A stretch of DNA of 38,534 bases from Candidatus Komeilibacteria bacterium (GCA_026396635.1 JAPLWL010000074.1:1352-39885); one strand, 5' to 3'. Counted from the stretch's first letter, positions 1 to 9,576 are shown. Notes: generated from the letters alone by a model not told the origin. A program made the numbers and translations.

Positions 1-2
1 CC

Positions 3-1343
3 AAGACTCACGGTAATGTTTTGGTGGTAGGGGATGATGCTCAGAGTATTTATTCTTTTCGGGCGGCGGATATTTCTCATATTTTAAATTTTCCCCGTGA
101 GCATAGTGGCGCTAAAATTTTTAAAATAGAAACCAATTACCGGTCTACTCAGCCGATTTTAGAACTAGCCAATGAAGTGATTGCTCATAATGTGGAGCAA
201 TTTAAAAAAAAGTTAGTTAGTCCAAAAAAATCGGAAATTTTACCTAAGTTGGTACCGGCCAGAACCGGGCGGCAGGAAGCGCAGTTTATTGTGCAAATGA
301 TTTTGCAGCTAATACAAACCGGCGAGCGGCAATTATCGGAAATGGCGGTGCTGTTTCGGGCGGCCTTTCATTCGCAAATGTTGGAATTGGAATTAGCCAA
401 AGCCAATATTCCCTATGATTACCGCGGCGGTACCCGCTTTTTTGCCCGAGCTCATATTAAAGATGTTTTGGCTTTTTTAAAAATTATTCATAATGTTCAT
501 GATGAAGTAGCCTGGAGCCGGATTTTATCTTTGCAGCCAGGCATTGGCCCGGCTACCATTAAAGATTTGTGGCAAGAGATCCAACGGTCGCCGGATTTGC
601 CAACAGTTTTGGCTAGAAGCTATTCATTGGGTGCCAAGGCCGGAGCTAGCTGGAAAAATTTAGCTAAGTTTTTAAGCCAGTTGGTTGGACTTAATAGTTT
701 GTTGCCGGCTGAGTTGATGAATAAAGTTTTAGCTTCGGATTACCGGGATTATTTAGAAGCCGAATATCCGGATTTTAAAGATCGGCTACAAGATTTGGAA
801 GGCTTGGTGGAATTTGCCGGGACGTATGATACTTTAGAAAAGTTTTTAGCTGAAGTCACCTTGGAAGAAATGTTTTCCATGAAGGCCAATCAGGAGGCGG
901 CTTTAGAAACCGACCGCTTGGTTTTGTCTACCATTCATCAAGCCAAGGGTTTGGAGTGGCCAGTGGTGTTTGTACTGCATTTAACCGAAGCTCATTTTCC
1001 AAATCCCCGGGCACTCAAAGAAGAAAATGGTTTGGAAGAAGAACGTCGTTTATTTTACGTGGCCATTACTCGGGCTGCGGATTTGTTATTTTTAACTTAT
1101 CCGCAAACTTCAGCGGATTTTAATTTATGGTATCAGCCCAGCCCGTTTTTACAGGAAGTTGATTTTGATTTGTTTGAAGAAATTCAGTTAGTGACGGATA
1201 ATCCCGGCTTTAAGCAAAATATTTCAGATAATACTGCCTCTTTTTTACGAGACGATACGGAAAGAGTTATTAGTTTAGATAGCGGGTCAGATTTTAAGCC
1301 AAAACGGCCAAAAAGTTTTTTGCCAGAAATTGACGAATTATAA
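3..1343 (+). CDS. UvrD/PcrA/Rep-family SF1 DNA helicase, C-terminal ~440 aa; 5' end lies outside the window
   Basis: The reading frame is open to the window edge. Helicase motifs are present: GDDAQSIYSFRAA (III), TNYRS (IV), STIHQAKGLEW (V) and RRLFYVAITRA (VI). Confidence 0.85.
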   Translation, partial: KTHGNVLVVGDDAQSIYSFRAADISHILNFPREHSGAKIFKIETNYRSTQPILELANEVIAHNVEQFKKKLVSPKKSEILPKLVPARTGRQEAQFIVQMILQLIQTGERQLSEMAVLFRAAFHSQMLELELAKANIPYDYRGGTRFFARAHIKDVLAFLKIIHNVHDEVAWSRILSLQPGIGPATIKDLWQEIQRSPDLPTVLARSYSLGAKAGASWKNLAKFLSQLVGLNSLLPAELMNKVLASDYRDYLEAEYPDFKDRLQDLEGLVEFAGTYDTLEKFLAEVTLEEMFSMKANQEAALETDRLVLSTIHQAKGLEWPVVFVLHLTEAHFPNPRALKEENGLEEERRLFYVAITRAADLLFLTYPQTSADFNLWYQPSPFLQEVDFDLFEEIQLVTDNPGFKQNISDNTASFLRDDTERVISLDSGSDFKPKRPKSFLPEIDEL

Positions 1344-1349
1344 AATAAT

Positions 1350-1373
1350 GCGCCCCGACTTTCATCGGGGCGC
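1350..1373. terminator. Hairpin between convergent genes (gcgccccga-cttca-tcggggcgc)
   Basis: A 9-bp GC-rich perfect stem sits directly after the helicase stop codon and lies between convergent ORFs. Confidence 0.6.
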
Positions 1374-1417
1374 AATGCAGAATTTTTTGTGATTGATAGG
1401 TGATCACTATTGTGAGT

Positions 1418-1957
1418 TTAAGTTTTTGCCGTGGCTTCGCCGGGAAGGTTTTTTACCCGCCAGAAGGCCAATAGTAAAGCCCAAAGACCCAAAGTGGATA
1501 CGATCAACCAGGAAATGCCTGACATTGGGGCAAAGAATTTTCCCAACCAGAGCCAGGCTACGGTAGTGGCTAATCCCCAGAGAATGTGCTGGAGATGTTT
1601 GGTGGTTCTGTAGAACCATTGGAACAATATGATCACCAAAAAGATTGCTGGCTCCAGAACCTTTAAGAGCGAATGAGTATCGATTTTGCAAATCAAAGTT
1701 GTTCCAAGAGTCAACCAGAATCCCCCAAAGGTGAAGATGATCACGGCAGCCTCGGTTTTGCCACGGTTCATTACGTAAATAAGGCCAGCCACATGGCCAA
1801 GAGCCGGGAAAAACAGAATGGCCAGTCCAGCTGCCACTGGCGGTATGGTTTCGGTGATTAGGCCTGCAAAAATGGCGCAGGCATAGGCAATGGCCACCAA
1901 CACAAGAGCCACAGAATCAAATTGCGGCTGTTTGGGTTCTACTGCATTGTCCGACAC
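1418..1957 (-). CDS. Hypothetical polytopic membrane protein
   Basis: A 179-aa ORF that is hydrophobic throughout. It has a GTG start with AGGAGG 5 nt upstream, and its GC content is higher than that of the surrounding core genes. Confidence 0.6.
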   Translation of the reverse strand: MSDNAVEPKQPQFDSVALVLVAIAYACAIFAGLITETIPPVAAGLAILFFPALGHVAGLIYVMNRGKTEAAVIIFTFGGFWLTLGTTLICKIDTHSLLKVLEPAIFLVIILFQWFYRTTKHLQHILWGLATTVAWLWLGKFFAPMSGISWLIVSTLGLWALLLAFWRVKNLPGEATAKT

Positions 1958-2079
1958 GATTCCTCCTGATGATTTTTGGCCTTGAGGCCAGTGTGCAATT
2001 ATAGAGTTGTTCTGTTTTTTTGTTATCTTACGCTTAATTTAAAAAACGTCAAGATTGATATTGCGTATAAATAAAACGG

Positions 2080-2534
2080 CCGGAGAGGGCGCCCTGGTTC
2101 TGCTTGTGCAGAGTGGGCGCCCTTCCGGACTGGTTCCATGCGGGGCTTAGCTAGATAAACCCCGAGTGCAAGTTGGATCTACTGCTGGCCATCGAATCGG
2201 TGTCGCAACCCATGATCCTGACGAATGGGGGTGCGATGGGCGCCAAGAGTGATCTTCCTTTCTGACCTTTGGGGCCAGGTTTCAAAGTTATGACGGTTTT
2301 GTAATGGATGACCGCCGTCTTGTAATAGTTGGCAAGAGCGAGAACTCTGCCAAGCGGCCCGAACTAGATTTTACATTCGGGCGGACCGGGAATCGACTGA
2401 AGATGTGTTCGTGTTTTTACCGCCTCCTCTTGTTAAACTAACATTAAGCGAGGGGTCACAATGTGATGCGCTCTTTCTGACCCAGAGTGGGTCAAATTGA
2501 GGTTGGTGAGGACGGTTTATTGGCCGTCTTTTTG
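2080..2534 (+). ncRNA. Candidate large structured non-coding RNA of unknown family
   Basis: The region is GC-rich and ORF-free, and it sits between two minus-strand genes. It contains a 14-bp hairpin (2080-2128) and further hairpins at 2357-2382 and 2478-2494. It ends in a stem plus TTTTT on the plus strand (2511-2534). I could not recognise any known RNA family motif. Confidence 0.3.
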
Positions 2535-2629
2535 TTATCCAGACACGCCCTGGACTTATTATTATCCTATCAATAGCCTGATTTAGTGTCAATGAATAAA
2601 GTGGATAAATAATGAGGTTTTAATTGGCT

Positions 2630-2671
2630 AAAATCAAGAAGCGCGTCCAACCCTGGGTAGGTTGAACGCGC
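2630..2671 (-). terminator. Intrinsic terminator of the 2701-3399 gene
   Basis: A 12-bp stem gcgcgtccaacc/ggttgaacgcgc (one mismatch) is followed on the minus strand by ttcttgatttt. Confidence 0.55.
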
Positions 2672-2700
2672 CTTTGATGTTGTCAGAGCTGGGTTTGTTA

Positions 2701-3399
2701 TCAGTTGGAAGCTGGCGAAGTTGTTGGTTCGTTGCTTAGCCAGCGAATGATTACGGGCAATTGCCTCAGACTCCAGCGCAAGGTATAGCCGATCAGTCCG
2801 CCGCTCAATAAGACTAGCGACCAGCCGATAGCCACTGGCAGGAAATAGACCACGCCGAAGGCTAAGGAGTAGCCGATCCAGATGACTGGCATCATACTTA
2901 GGAGGCCAGTCAAGTCTTCCGTAAATCCACTCAGGTCATCATCGTGGTCGCTGTTGAGCAGGCCGATGATGAAGCCGGCGCCAAACATTGTTATCAGCGA
3001 CATCAGGCAGACCTGGGTTGCCGGCGGCAGGTTGAGCCAGAAGTTTGGGGCAGCAATCATGGAAGGCATTAGAATGAACAAGACCATTGCTGTTGCGACA
3101 ATGTAGATTGCCAAACAGATGAGATATATTACCAAGGTGTCTTTCATCTGATTGGAAGAATCGTGCCTTTGTTCAATCTTGGTTGAAGCATACAGGGCCA
3201 GAGCCGCAATTGGTGCCAATAGCAGATCATACCACCGCGATACGGTCAATGGCAGTTGCCAGTTGAAGAGATTGGTGGTAGCCGGCACGTGTCCGGTTAA
3301 AAGCCGGATGGCTGTCCAGATTATGGCGATCAGGAAAGCGAACAAGACAGTTTGCCTTTTGATCATGATAAAATCTGGATGCTTGAAGAAACGAAGCAT
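2701..3399 (-). CDS. Hypothetical polytopic membrane protein
   Basis: A 232-aa ORF with several hydrophobic segments. GAGGT lies upstream of the ATG. Confidence 0.6.
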   Translation of the reverse strand: MLRFFKHPDFIMIKRQTVLFAFLIAIIWTAIRLLTGHVPATTNLFNWQLPLTVSRWYDLLLAPIAALALYASTKIEQRHDSSNQMKDTLVIYLICLAIYIVATAMVLFILMPSMIAAPNFWLNLPPATQVCLMSLITMFGAGFIIGLLNSDHDDDLSGFTEDLTGLLSMMPVIWIGYSLAFGVVYFLPVAIGWSLVLLSGGLIGYTLRWSLRQLPVIIRWLSNEPTTSPASN

Positions 3400-3548
3400 T
3401 GATTACCTCATTGTTTGAGTTGTGGCGTGCAGTTTGAGCAGGACAAATTGCGGAATTAACCTAATTTAATAGGAAGGAATGGTTATTGTCAAGAATGGTT
3501 AGATGGGCTCTGGTTAAGTGAATTTTTTTTTGGTATACTGCTTGCGCT

Positions 3549-4328
3549 ATGAAAGATATTTTAGTTTTTGATTTGGAAACCAAAAAGAGTTTTGATGAGA
3601 TTGGCGGTCAACAGAATTTTGGCTTGCTGGGGGTTTCGGTTTGCGGCGTTTATTCTTATAACCGTCAGGAATATCGGGGTTTTAGAGAAGAAGAATTTGC
3701 CGAAATGAAAACCTGGTTTGATGATTGTCAGTTGCTTATTGGTTTTAATAGCAAACATTTTGACATTCCAGTATTACAGCCGTATTTTCCGGATTTTGAT
3801 TTAACTAAAATTCCGCATTTGGATATTTTGGAAGAAATTCATAAAGCACTTAATCATCGGTTAAAGTTGGACAGCGTGGCCCTGAGTACTTTGGGGGAAG
3901 GCAAATCTGGTACTGGCCTAGACGCGCTCTGGTATTTTAAAAACAATCAGTGGGAGCCACTTATTAAGTATTGCTTGGATGATGTGAGAGTAACCAGGGA
4001 TGTTTATGAATATGGCCAGAATCACGGGGTGTTGTGGTATGAAGGCGGCGGCCGTAAAGATGCCATTAAGATCAGTTGGGGCCAGGGTGAGACCGTGGCT
4101 CAAAAAATCCAAGCCGCTTTTACCGCCGGCCAGCAGGTGGAGATTGATTATCTAAAGACTGATTTTGGCCCGCGCCAAAATTTGGTGATTGATATTAGGT
4201 CTTTAAAAAATGGCCAGGTGCAAGTTTTAATTCCGCCCGAGCCAACAATGCGGGTGTTGAGTATGGATAAAATTATGTCAGTTAAGACCGTAGGTCAGCA
4301 GGCCAATTGGCAAAACAAACTTTTTTAG
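3549..4328 (+). CDS. DEDD-type 3'-5' exonuclease / RNase H-like fold protein
   Basis: Three exonuclease motifs are present: Exo I VFDLET, Exo II FNSKHFDIPVL and Exo III YCLDDV. An extended -10 element (tggtatact) ends only 9 nt before the ATG. Confidence 0.6.
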   Translation: MKDILVFDLETKKSFDEIGGQQNFGLLGVSVCGVYSYNRQEYRGFREEEFAEMKTWFDDCQLLIGFNSKHFDIPVLQPYFPDFDLTKIPHLDILEEIHKALNHRLKLDSVALSTLGEGKSGTGLDALWYFKNNQWEPLIKYCLDDVRVTRDVYEYGQNHGVLWYEGGGRKDAIKISWGQGETVAQKIQAAFTAGQQVEIDYLKTDFGPRQNLVIDIRSLKNGQVQVLIPPEPTMRVLSMDKIMSVKTVGQQANWQNKLF

Positions 4329-4347
4329 TTACAATAAAGAGGTGAGT

Positions 4348-4485
4348 ATGGAAAAACTCTTTTTAATAGTTTTATTAGTGGCCGTTATTGCGGTTGGCTT
4401 TGTTGCTCGGCCGCAAACTTCCGGTTCAATTCAGTTGACCCAGGCTAATTTACATCAAACAGTAGATCGAGACGTTTCTTTTTAA
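4348..4485 (+). CDS. Small hypothetical membrane protein (45 aa)
   Basis: This ORF is below the track cutoff. A strong SD (aagaggtga) lies 6 nt upstream of the ATG, and there is one N-terminal hydrophobic helix ([20 protein letters not shown]). Confidence 0.35.
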   Translation: MEKLFLIVLLVAVIAVGFVARPQTSGSIQLTQANLHQTVDRDVSF

Positions 4486-5798
4486 GAGTTGATTTGAGGG
4501 TAGAGTGGAAATTGTTCTAAGAGACCAGCAATCTCTTTTTTTATTTGGTCGTGTTTGGCGGCGTCAGTAGGATTTTTTAAAATTTGGCAAAACCACTCAC
4601 CAACTAATTTTATCTCAGTCTCTTTAAGGCCGCGGGTAGTTAAAGCCGCCGTGCCCAGGCGAATACCGGAAGGATCCATGGGACTACGCGTATCAAAAGG
4701 AATAGCATTTTTATTAACGTAAATTTCGCAACTGGCCAGCAAGTTTTCCGCTTCTTTGCCGGACAGGTTTACAGCGGTCACGTCAACTAGGAGCAGGTGA
4801 TTATCAGTGCCGCCGGAAATTAAGCGCAAGCCATTTTGTAAAAAGATAGTTTCTAAAATTTTGGCATTGGTAATAATTTGTTGCTGATAGGCGGCAAAGC
4901 TGGGTTGCAGGGCTTCTTGTAAGGCTACGGCTTTGGCTAAAATAATATGTTCTAGGGGCCCGCCTTGAATGCCAGGAAAAACCGCTGAATCAATTTTTTG
5001 GGCTAGATTTTTTTTATCTTCTAGGTGCAAGCGATCTTGGGTTTTGCAAAAGATCATAGCACCGCGCGGTCCGCGTAAAGTTTTATGAGTAGTGGTGGTA
5101 ACAATATCGGCGACCGGAATTGGATCAGGATGAAGTTTGGCAGCGACCAGTCCGGCAATGTGCGCCATGTCTACCATTAAGTAGGCGCCAACTTCGTCAG
5201 AAATGGCTTTAAATTTTACAAAATCAATTTGACGTGGATAAGCCGAAGCGCCGGCTACAATTACTTTAGGTTTGTGTTCCTTGGCCAAAGCTTTAACTTC
5301 ATCAAAATCAATTTGTTCGCTTTCTTTACTGACGCCGTAGTGGATAAAGTGGTAAATTTTTCCGGAAGAACTAATGGGGTGGCCATGAGTTAAGTGGCCG
5401 CCGCAAGCTAGACTCATGCCTAAAACCGTATCACCGGGGTTAAGAGTGGCTAAATAGGCGGCTTGGTTGGCTTGGGAGCCGGAATGGGGCTGAACATTGG
5501 TGTGTTCAGCGCCGAATAATTGAGCAGCTCGGGCAATAGCCAAATTTTCGGCTTGGTCAATAAACTGATTGCCGCCATAATAGCGTTTACCCGGGTAGCC
5601 TTCGGCATATTTATTGGTTAGGACGGTTGAGGCTGCTTCTAAAACCGCCAGGGAAACAAAGTTTTCTGAAGCAATCATTTCCAAGCCGTTTCTTTGCCGG
5701 CTTAGCTCAGCTTGGGCAATTTCCCAGGCCGTCAAATCTTGTTGTTTGAGGGTGTCTAACATACCAATTATGGTACGGGAAAATTGTTTGACTGTCAA
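4482..5798 (-). CDS. glyA: Serine hydroxymethyltransferase
   Basis: Full-length match to SHMT as I recall it, including the PLP-lysine region [13 protein letters not shown] and GSQANQA. The true start may be the internal Met at about 5762. Confidence 0.9.
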   Translation of the reverse strand: MTVKQFSRTIIGMLDTLKQQDLTAWEIAQAELSRQRNGLEMIASENFVSLAVLEAASTVLTNKYAEGYPGKRYYGGNQFIDQAENLAIARAAQLFGAEHTNVQPHSGSQANQAAYLATLNPGDTVLGMSLACGGHLTHGHPISSSGKIYHFIHYGVSKESEQIDFDEVKALAKEHKPKVIVAGASAYPRQIDFVKFKAISDEVGAYLMVDMAHIAGLVAAKLHPDPIPVADIVTTTTHKTLRGPRGAMIFCKTQDRLHLEDKKNLAQKIDSAVFPGIQGGPLEHIILAKAVALQEALQPSFAAYQQQIITNAKILETIFLQNGLRLISGGTDNHLLLVDVTAVNLSGKEAENLLASCEIYVNKNAIPFDTRSPMDPSGIRLGTAALTTRGLKETEIKLVGEWFCQILKNPTDAAKHDQIKKEIAGLLEQFPLYPQINS

Positions 5799-5850
5799 AG
5801 CTAAAAATTATTTACATTTTTTCATCGGCGAGCTAAAATAATCCAGTCAT

Positions 5851-6192
5851 ATGATCAAAAAGTTTATTAAATCAAAATTGATAAAAAGGGATAAATATAG
5901 AAGTTCCCGCGGCGGCGATGCACGGCGATTAGATATGTTTTGTGTCCAATGCCAAGCTTTTGTTTTGACTTACCAAAAAGACGGTCATGGCAGTTTGCTG
6001 CGGTTATATTTTGACAGGATTTTGGCGCCGACGGCTTTATTAAACTTGGAAAAACAAACAGACTTGACTGGCAAGCCATTGACCTGCTTGCAATGTGGTG
6101 CAATTCTGGCCATGCCTTATATCTATGAAAAAGAACAGCGGCCAGCTTTTCGGATTATTCAAGCCACTATCATTAAAAGGTTGAAAAAGTAG
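5851..6192 (+). CDS. Hypothetical protein with two CxxC pairs (zinc-ribbon-like)
   Basis: A 113-aa ORF carrying CVQC and CLQC pairs. Confidence 0.45.
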   Translation: MIKKFIKSKLIKRDKYRSSRGGDARRLDMFCVQCQAFVLTYQKDGHGSLLRLYFDRILAPTALLNLEKQTDLTGKPLTCLQCGAILAMPYIYEKEQRPAFRIIQATIIKRLKK

Positions 6193-6262
6193 CCTTGTTT
6201 TTTGCTTTTAAAATAAGGTATAGTATATAGGCAAAAGAAAAGCGATTTATAAAATTATTTTA

Positions 6263-6380
6263 TGGTCATTCCTGCGCCGCGCCCGCCAAAGCTACGCTTG
6301 GCGTTGCGGGCGGGAAAGCAGGAATCTAGAAAAATGATTTTATGCACAAGACTGGATTCCCGCCTACGCGGGAATGACCA
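6263..6380. repeat. MITE-like GC-rich palindromic element, copy 1
   Basis: Perfect 10-bp terminal inverted repeats (tggtcattcc ... ggaatgacca) enclose nested hairpins (attcctgc/gcaggaat and cgcccgc/gcgggcg). A second copy lies at 30497-30603. Confidence 0.7.
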
Positions 6381-6426
6381 GAGGTGAGCGTTTATTATTT
6401 TAAGAGTGGTTTAATCCGCGTTATCA

Positions 6427-7812
6427 GTGATTTATATTATGAATGAAGCAATTTTTAAAGCCTATGATATTCGGGGGATTTACCCCACCGACATCAACGA
6501 AGAAGATGTCTATAAAATTGGCCGGGCTTATGCCCAGTTTTTAAGCCAGGAAAACTCTGATAAAGAGCTGACCGTAGTAGTAGCCCAGGATATGCGGCTG
6601 TCCAGCCCGGCTTTGACTAATCAATTAATTAAAGCTTTGACTGACGGTGGTTTAAATATAATTGATATCGGCTTAGCTTCTACGCCAACTTTTTATTTGG
6701 CAGTTGGTTATTTTAAAGTTGATGGCGGCATTCAGGTTTCGGCCTCTCATAATCCAAAAGAATATAATGGGCTAAAAATGGTTAGAGCGCGCGGTGTGCC
6801 GATTAGTGGAGCCACCGGCATTGAGGAAATTAAAAAATTGGCTTTAGCCAACCAATTTACTTTAGCCACAACTAAGGGACGAGTTAGTAAAAAAGAGATG
6901 GTTACGCCAGAATTAATTGCTGAACTAAAAAAAGATTTACCCTTGTCTACTATTAAGCCATTAAAAGTTGTAGTTGATCCGGCTAATGGTATGGGCATTT
7001 TGGATTTGCCAGAAATTTTGGGCCACACTGCGGTGACCATGATCCCGTTGAATTTTACTTTAGATGGCACGTTTCCGGCTCATGAAGCTGATCCGTTAAA
7101 AGAAAAAAATTTGGTTCAATTACAACAAGCGGTCTTGGCCCAGCAAGCGGATTTAGGCATTGCCGTAGATGGTGATGGCGATCGGATTTTTTTTGTAGAC
7201 AATCTTGGTCAGGCCGTGCCCCAGGCCATTATCCGGGGCATTATGGCGCAAATTGCCATTGCCGAACCTCCGGGTGCCACGGTTCGTTATGATATTCGTC
7301 CAGGACGTATTCGTCCAGGACGCATTACCAAAGATATGATTGAAGCCGTGGGTGGCATCGCCCAGGTTACTCGGGTAGGGCACTCATTAATTCAAGAGCA
7401 GATGATTATGTTGGACTCGGTTTTTAGTGGTGAATCTTCCGGCCATTTTTTCTATAAAACTGATTATGGTAGTTTTGAAGTGCCAACTTGGTTGATTTTG
7501 AAATTTTTATTGTGGCTGTCTGAGCAAAATAAAACTTTGGCCACCGCGGTTGAGCCGTATAAAAAGTATTTTAATTCCGGAGAGATTAATTCTTTGGTGA
7601 CTGATGCTAAAGCTAAAATTGCCGAAGTGGCCAAACAATTTTCAGACGGACAAATTTCTTATTTGGATGGTGTGACCGTGGAATACCCGACCTGGTGGTT
7701 TAATCTTAGATCTTCTAATACTGAGCCGGCTCTCCGGTTAACTTTGGAAGCGACTAATGAAGAATTGATGAGAGAAAAGACTGAACAATTATTAAAGATT
7801 ATTAGAAGTTAA
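6427..7812 (+). CDS. Phosphomannomutase/phosphoglucomutase (alpha-D-phosphohexomutase family)
   Basis: Recognised motifs are FKAYDIRG at the N-terminus, the active-site serine loop SASHNPKEYNGLK and the Mg loop DGDGDR. The likely start is the ATG at 6439. Confidence 0.85.
   Translation: MIYIMNEAIFKAYDIRGIYPTDINEEDVYKIGRAYAQFLSQENSDKELTVVVAQDMRLSSPALTNQLIKALTDGGLNIIDIGLASTPTFYLAVGYFKVDGGIQVSASHNPKEYNGLKMVRARGVPISGATGIEEIKKLALANQFTLATTKGRVSKKEMVTPELIAELKKDLPLSTIKPLKVVVDPANGMGILDLPEILGHTAVTMIPLNFTLDGTFPAHEADPLKEKNLVQLQQAVLAQQADLGIAVDGDGDRIFFVDNLGQAVPQAIIRGIMAQIAIAEPPGATVRYDIRPGRIRPGRITKDMIEAVGGIAQVTRVGHSLIQEQMIMLDSVFSGESSGHFFYKTDYGSFEVPTWLILKFLLWLSEQNKTLATAVEPYKKYFNSGEINSLVTDAKAKIAEVAKQFSDGQISYLDGVTVEYPTWWFNLRSSNTEPALRLTLEATNEELMREKTEQLLKIIRS
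7294..7323 (+). repeat. In-frame 15-nt tandem duplication inside the phosphohexomutase gene
   Basis: attcgtccaggacgt is followed directly by attcgtccaggacgc, which gives RPGRIRPGRI in the protein. Confidence 0.9.
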
Positions 7813-7837
7813 TTATTAATTGTCATTCCCGCGCAAT

Positions 7838-8662
7838 ATGATTGGTGTTTTTGACTCAGGTTTTGGAGGGTTGACTGTATTAAAGGAAATTTTAAAAAAA
7901 TTACCTCAGTATTCTTATGTTTATTTAGGTGATAATGCTCGAGCGCCTTATGGTGCCAGAAGCCAAGAAGTTATTTACCGGTATACCAAAGAAGCAGTAG
8001 ACTATTTGTTTAAGAGCGGGTGTCAGTTGGTGATTTTAGCTTGCAATACGGCTTCAGCCGAAAGTCTGCGGCGCTTGCAGCAAGAATATCTGCCCCAGGC
8101 CTATCCAGGTAAATCAGCCACTGATCCGGCCCGGCGGATTTTAGGCGTGGTGATTCCTTTGGCCCAAGAAGCCGCCAAATTAAGCAAAGCTAAAAGAGTC
8201 GGGGTGATTGGCACGGAAGGTACAATAGCTTCTGGTACTTACGTCAGGGAAATTAAAAAAATAGATTCTCAAATTAAAGTTTTTCAACAAGCCTGCTCAT
8301 TACTAGTGCCCTTAATTGAGGCGGGTTGGCAAAAGCGAGTAGAAACTAAAATGATTTTAAAAAAATATTTACGTAATTTAAAAAGCCAACAATTGGATTT
8401 GCTGATTTTGGGTTGTACCCATTACCCGGTTTTATTAAAAGAGGTTCGGCGAATTATGGGCAAAAGAGTCTTAGTGCCTAATCCGGGAGAAGTTGTAGCT
8501 AATCGGTTGGTTGAGTATTTAAAAAATCATTCAGAGATTGAAGGTCAGTTAGAAAAGACTGGCGGGCGTTGCTATTTGACTACAGACCAGACAGAAAAGT
8601 TTTCAATTTTAGGTAGCTTCTTTTTGGGTCATCAGATTCAAGCAGAAAAAATTGTTTTATAA
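7838..8662 (+). CDS. murI: Glutamate racemase
   Basis: Motifs FDSGFGGLTVL, ACNTAS and GCTHYP are present. The track ORF starts at TTG 7820, but the ATG at 7838 fits MurI N-termini better. Confidence 0.88.
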   Translation: MIGVFDSGFGGLTVLKEILKKLPQYSYVYLGDNARAPYGARSQEVIYRYTKEAVDYLFKSGCQLVILACNTASAESLRRLQQEYLPQAYPGKSATDPARRILGVVIPLAQEAAKLSKAKRVGVIGTEGTIASGTYVREIKKIDSQIKVFQQACSLLVPLIEAGWQKRVETKMILKKYLRNLKSQQLDLLILGCTHYPVLLKEVRRIMGKRVLVPNPGEVVANRLVEYLKNHSEIEGQLEKTGGRCYLTTDQTEKFSILGSFFLGHQIQAEKIVL

Positions 8663-8679
8663 TAGGAGCTAGAAACTCG

Positions 8680-8735
8680 AAACCCCGCCTCAAGTGCAGA
8701 TCAGCTAAGCTGGTTGCAGTCGAGAGGCGGGGTTT
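8680..8735. terminator. Long hairpin between convergent murI and the acyltransferase gene
   Basis: A 12-bp perfect stem aaaccccgcctc/gaggcggggttt encloses a 32-nt loop. Confidence 0.5.
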
Positions 8736-9441
8736 ATGATTGAATGTTGGCAATGAGTCTTTCCGCAATTTGGCGGTAGGTATCTGCGGAAGCATCAAGC
8801 GCGTAGAGATCGGACAAGTCAATTGGTTGCCCAATGGTGACTGTAATTTTTTGGCCGAGGCTAGAAAAAATTCGTTGGCAGGAAAGTTTGATTTTTTCTA
8901 ACAGGCCTTTGGTCTGGCTAATTTTCCGGCCATTCCAAACCGGCAAACCAGCTATCAGGACCGGAATGACTGTCGGCTTGGCTTCATAAATCAACTTGCC
9001 GAGCAAGACTGGTGGCCGACGCTTGACTTCGCTATCTACCTGTAGGCCAGACTCTGGAAATATAGACACCCGACCACCTTGCTCTAAGACTGATTTAATT
9101 AGTTGGTGGCCTTCTTTGGGCGCTGTCCGGCGAATGGGCAAACAGTGGGCGTGAAGCGCCAGCCATTTGATGGTCGGGTTTTTCAGCCACTCTTCTGCTG
9201 GGCAATGCCAGATGGCCGAGCTTGGTTGAAAAAGTATTCTCCACCAATGGTCTACGGTGCAGCCGAGCAGAAAGCTGTCGCCGGGACCATGGTGTTTAGA
9301 GATTAGGATCGAGCCTTTTTTAGCTTTAGGTAATTGCCCGATAACCGTCACTCTATGACCGCCCCTCCAATAGAGGGCGCTTTTGAAGCAGGTTGTGTTC
9401 AGAACCGCCCAAGTTAACAGCCTATTAGTAAGGTCTTTCAT
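8734..9441 (-). CDS. Lysophospholipid (PlsC-like) acyltransferase
   Basis: An HX4D motif (HHGPGD) and an FPESG motif are typical of glycerolipid acyltransferases. Confidence 0.55.
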   Translation of the reverse strand: MKDLTNRLLTWAVLNTTCFKSALYWRGGHRVTVIGQLPKAKKGSILISKHHGPGDSFLLGCTVDHWWRILFQPSSAIWHCPAEEWLKNPTIKWLALHAHCLPIRRTAPKEGHQLIKSVLEQGGRVSIFPESGLQVDSEVKRRPPVLLGKLIYEAKPTVIPVLIAGLPVWNGRKISQTKGLLEKIKLSCQRIFSSLGQKITVTIGQPIDLSDLYALDASADTYRQIAERLIANIQS

Positions 9442-9532
9442 CTCAAAATCCTATAGATATGAAAGTTGATGATACGAACAACGAACTAGACAGGTTATTT
9501 AATAATATATTAAAGAAAAAGTCAATAGCTAT

Positions 9533-9562
9533 TAAAAACAACCGAGGAATTTCTCCCCGGTT
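9533..9562 (-). terminator. Intrinsic terminator of trpS
   Basis: Stem caaccgagga/tccccggttg (one mismatch) is followed by a T-run on the minus strand. Confidence 0.55.
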
Positions 9563-9576
9563 GCAATATACCGTTT

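Noticed and set aside
2080-2534. Possible identity as RNase P RNA, tmRNA, SRP RNA or 5S rRNA
   Set aside because: I looked on both strands for GGAAAGUCCGGGC with ACAGAA-CGGCUUA (the P4 helix), a tRNA-like CCA end with a T arm and a tag ORF, GGUCCGGAAGGAAGCAGC, and 5S motifs. I found only short partial resemblances, such as AAGUCCAGGGC without a complementary P4 strand, and a CCGGAAGG that is better explained by the long 14-bp hairpin. The region is left as an unknown family.
2371-2592. 73-aa minus-strand ORF in the 740-nt gap
   Set aside because: It has no SD, is Arg/Pro/Ser-rich, and spans the hairpins and the plus-strand terminator. It is more likely non-coding.
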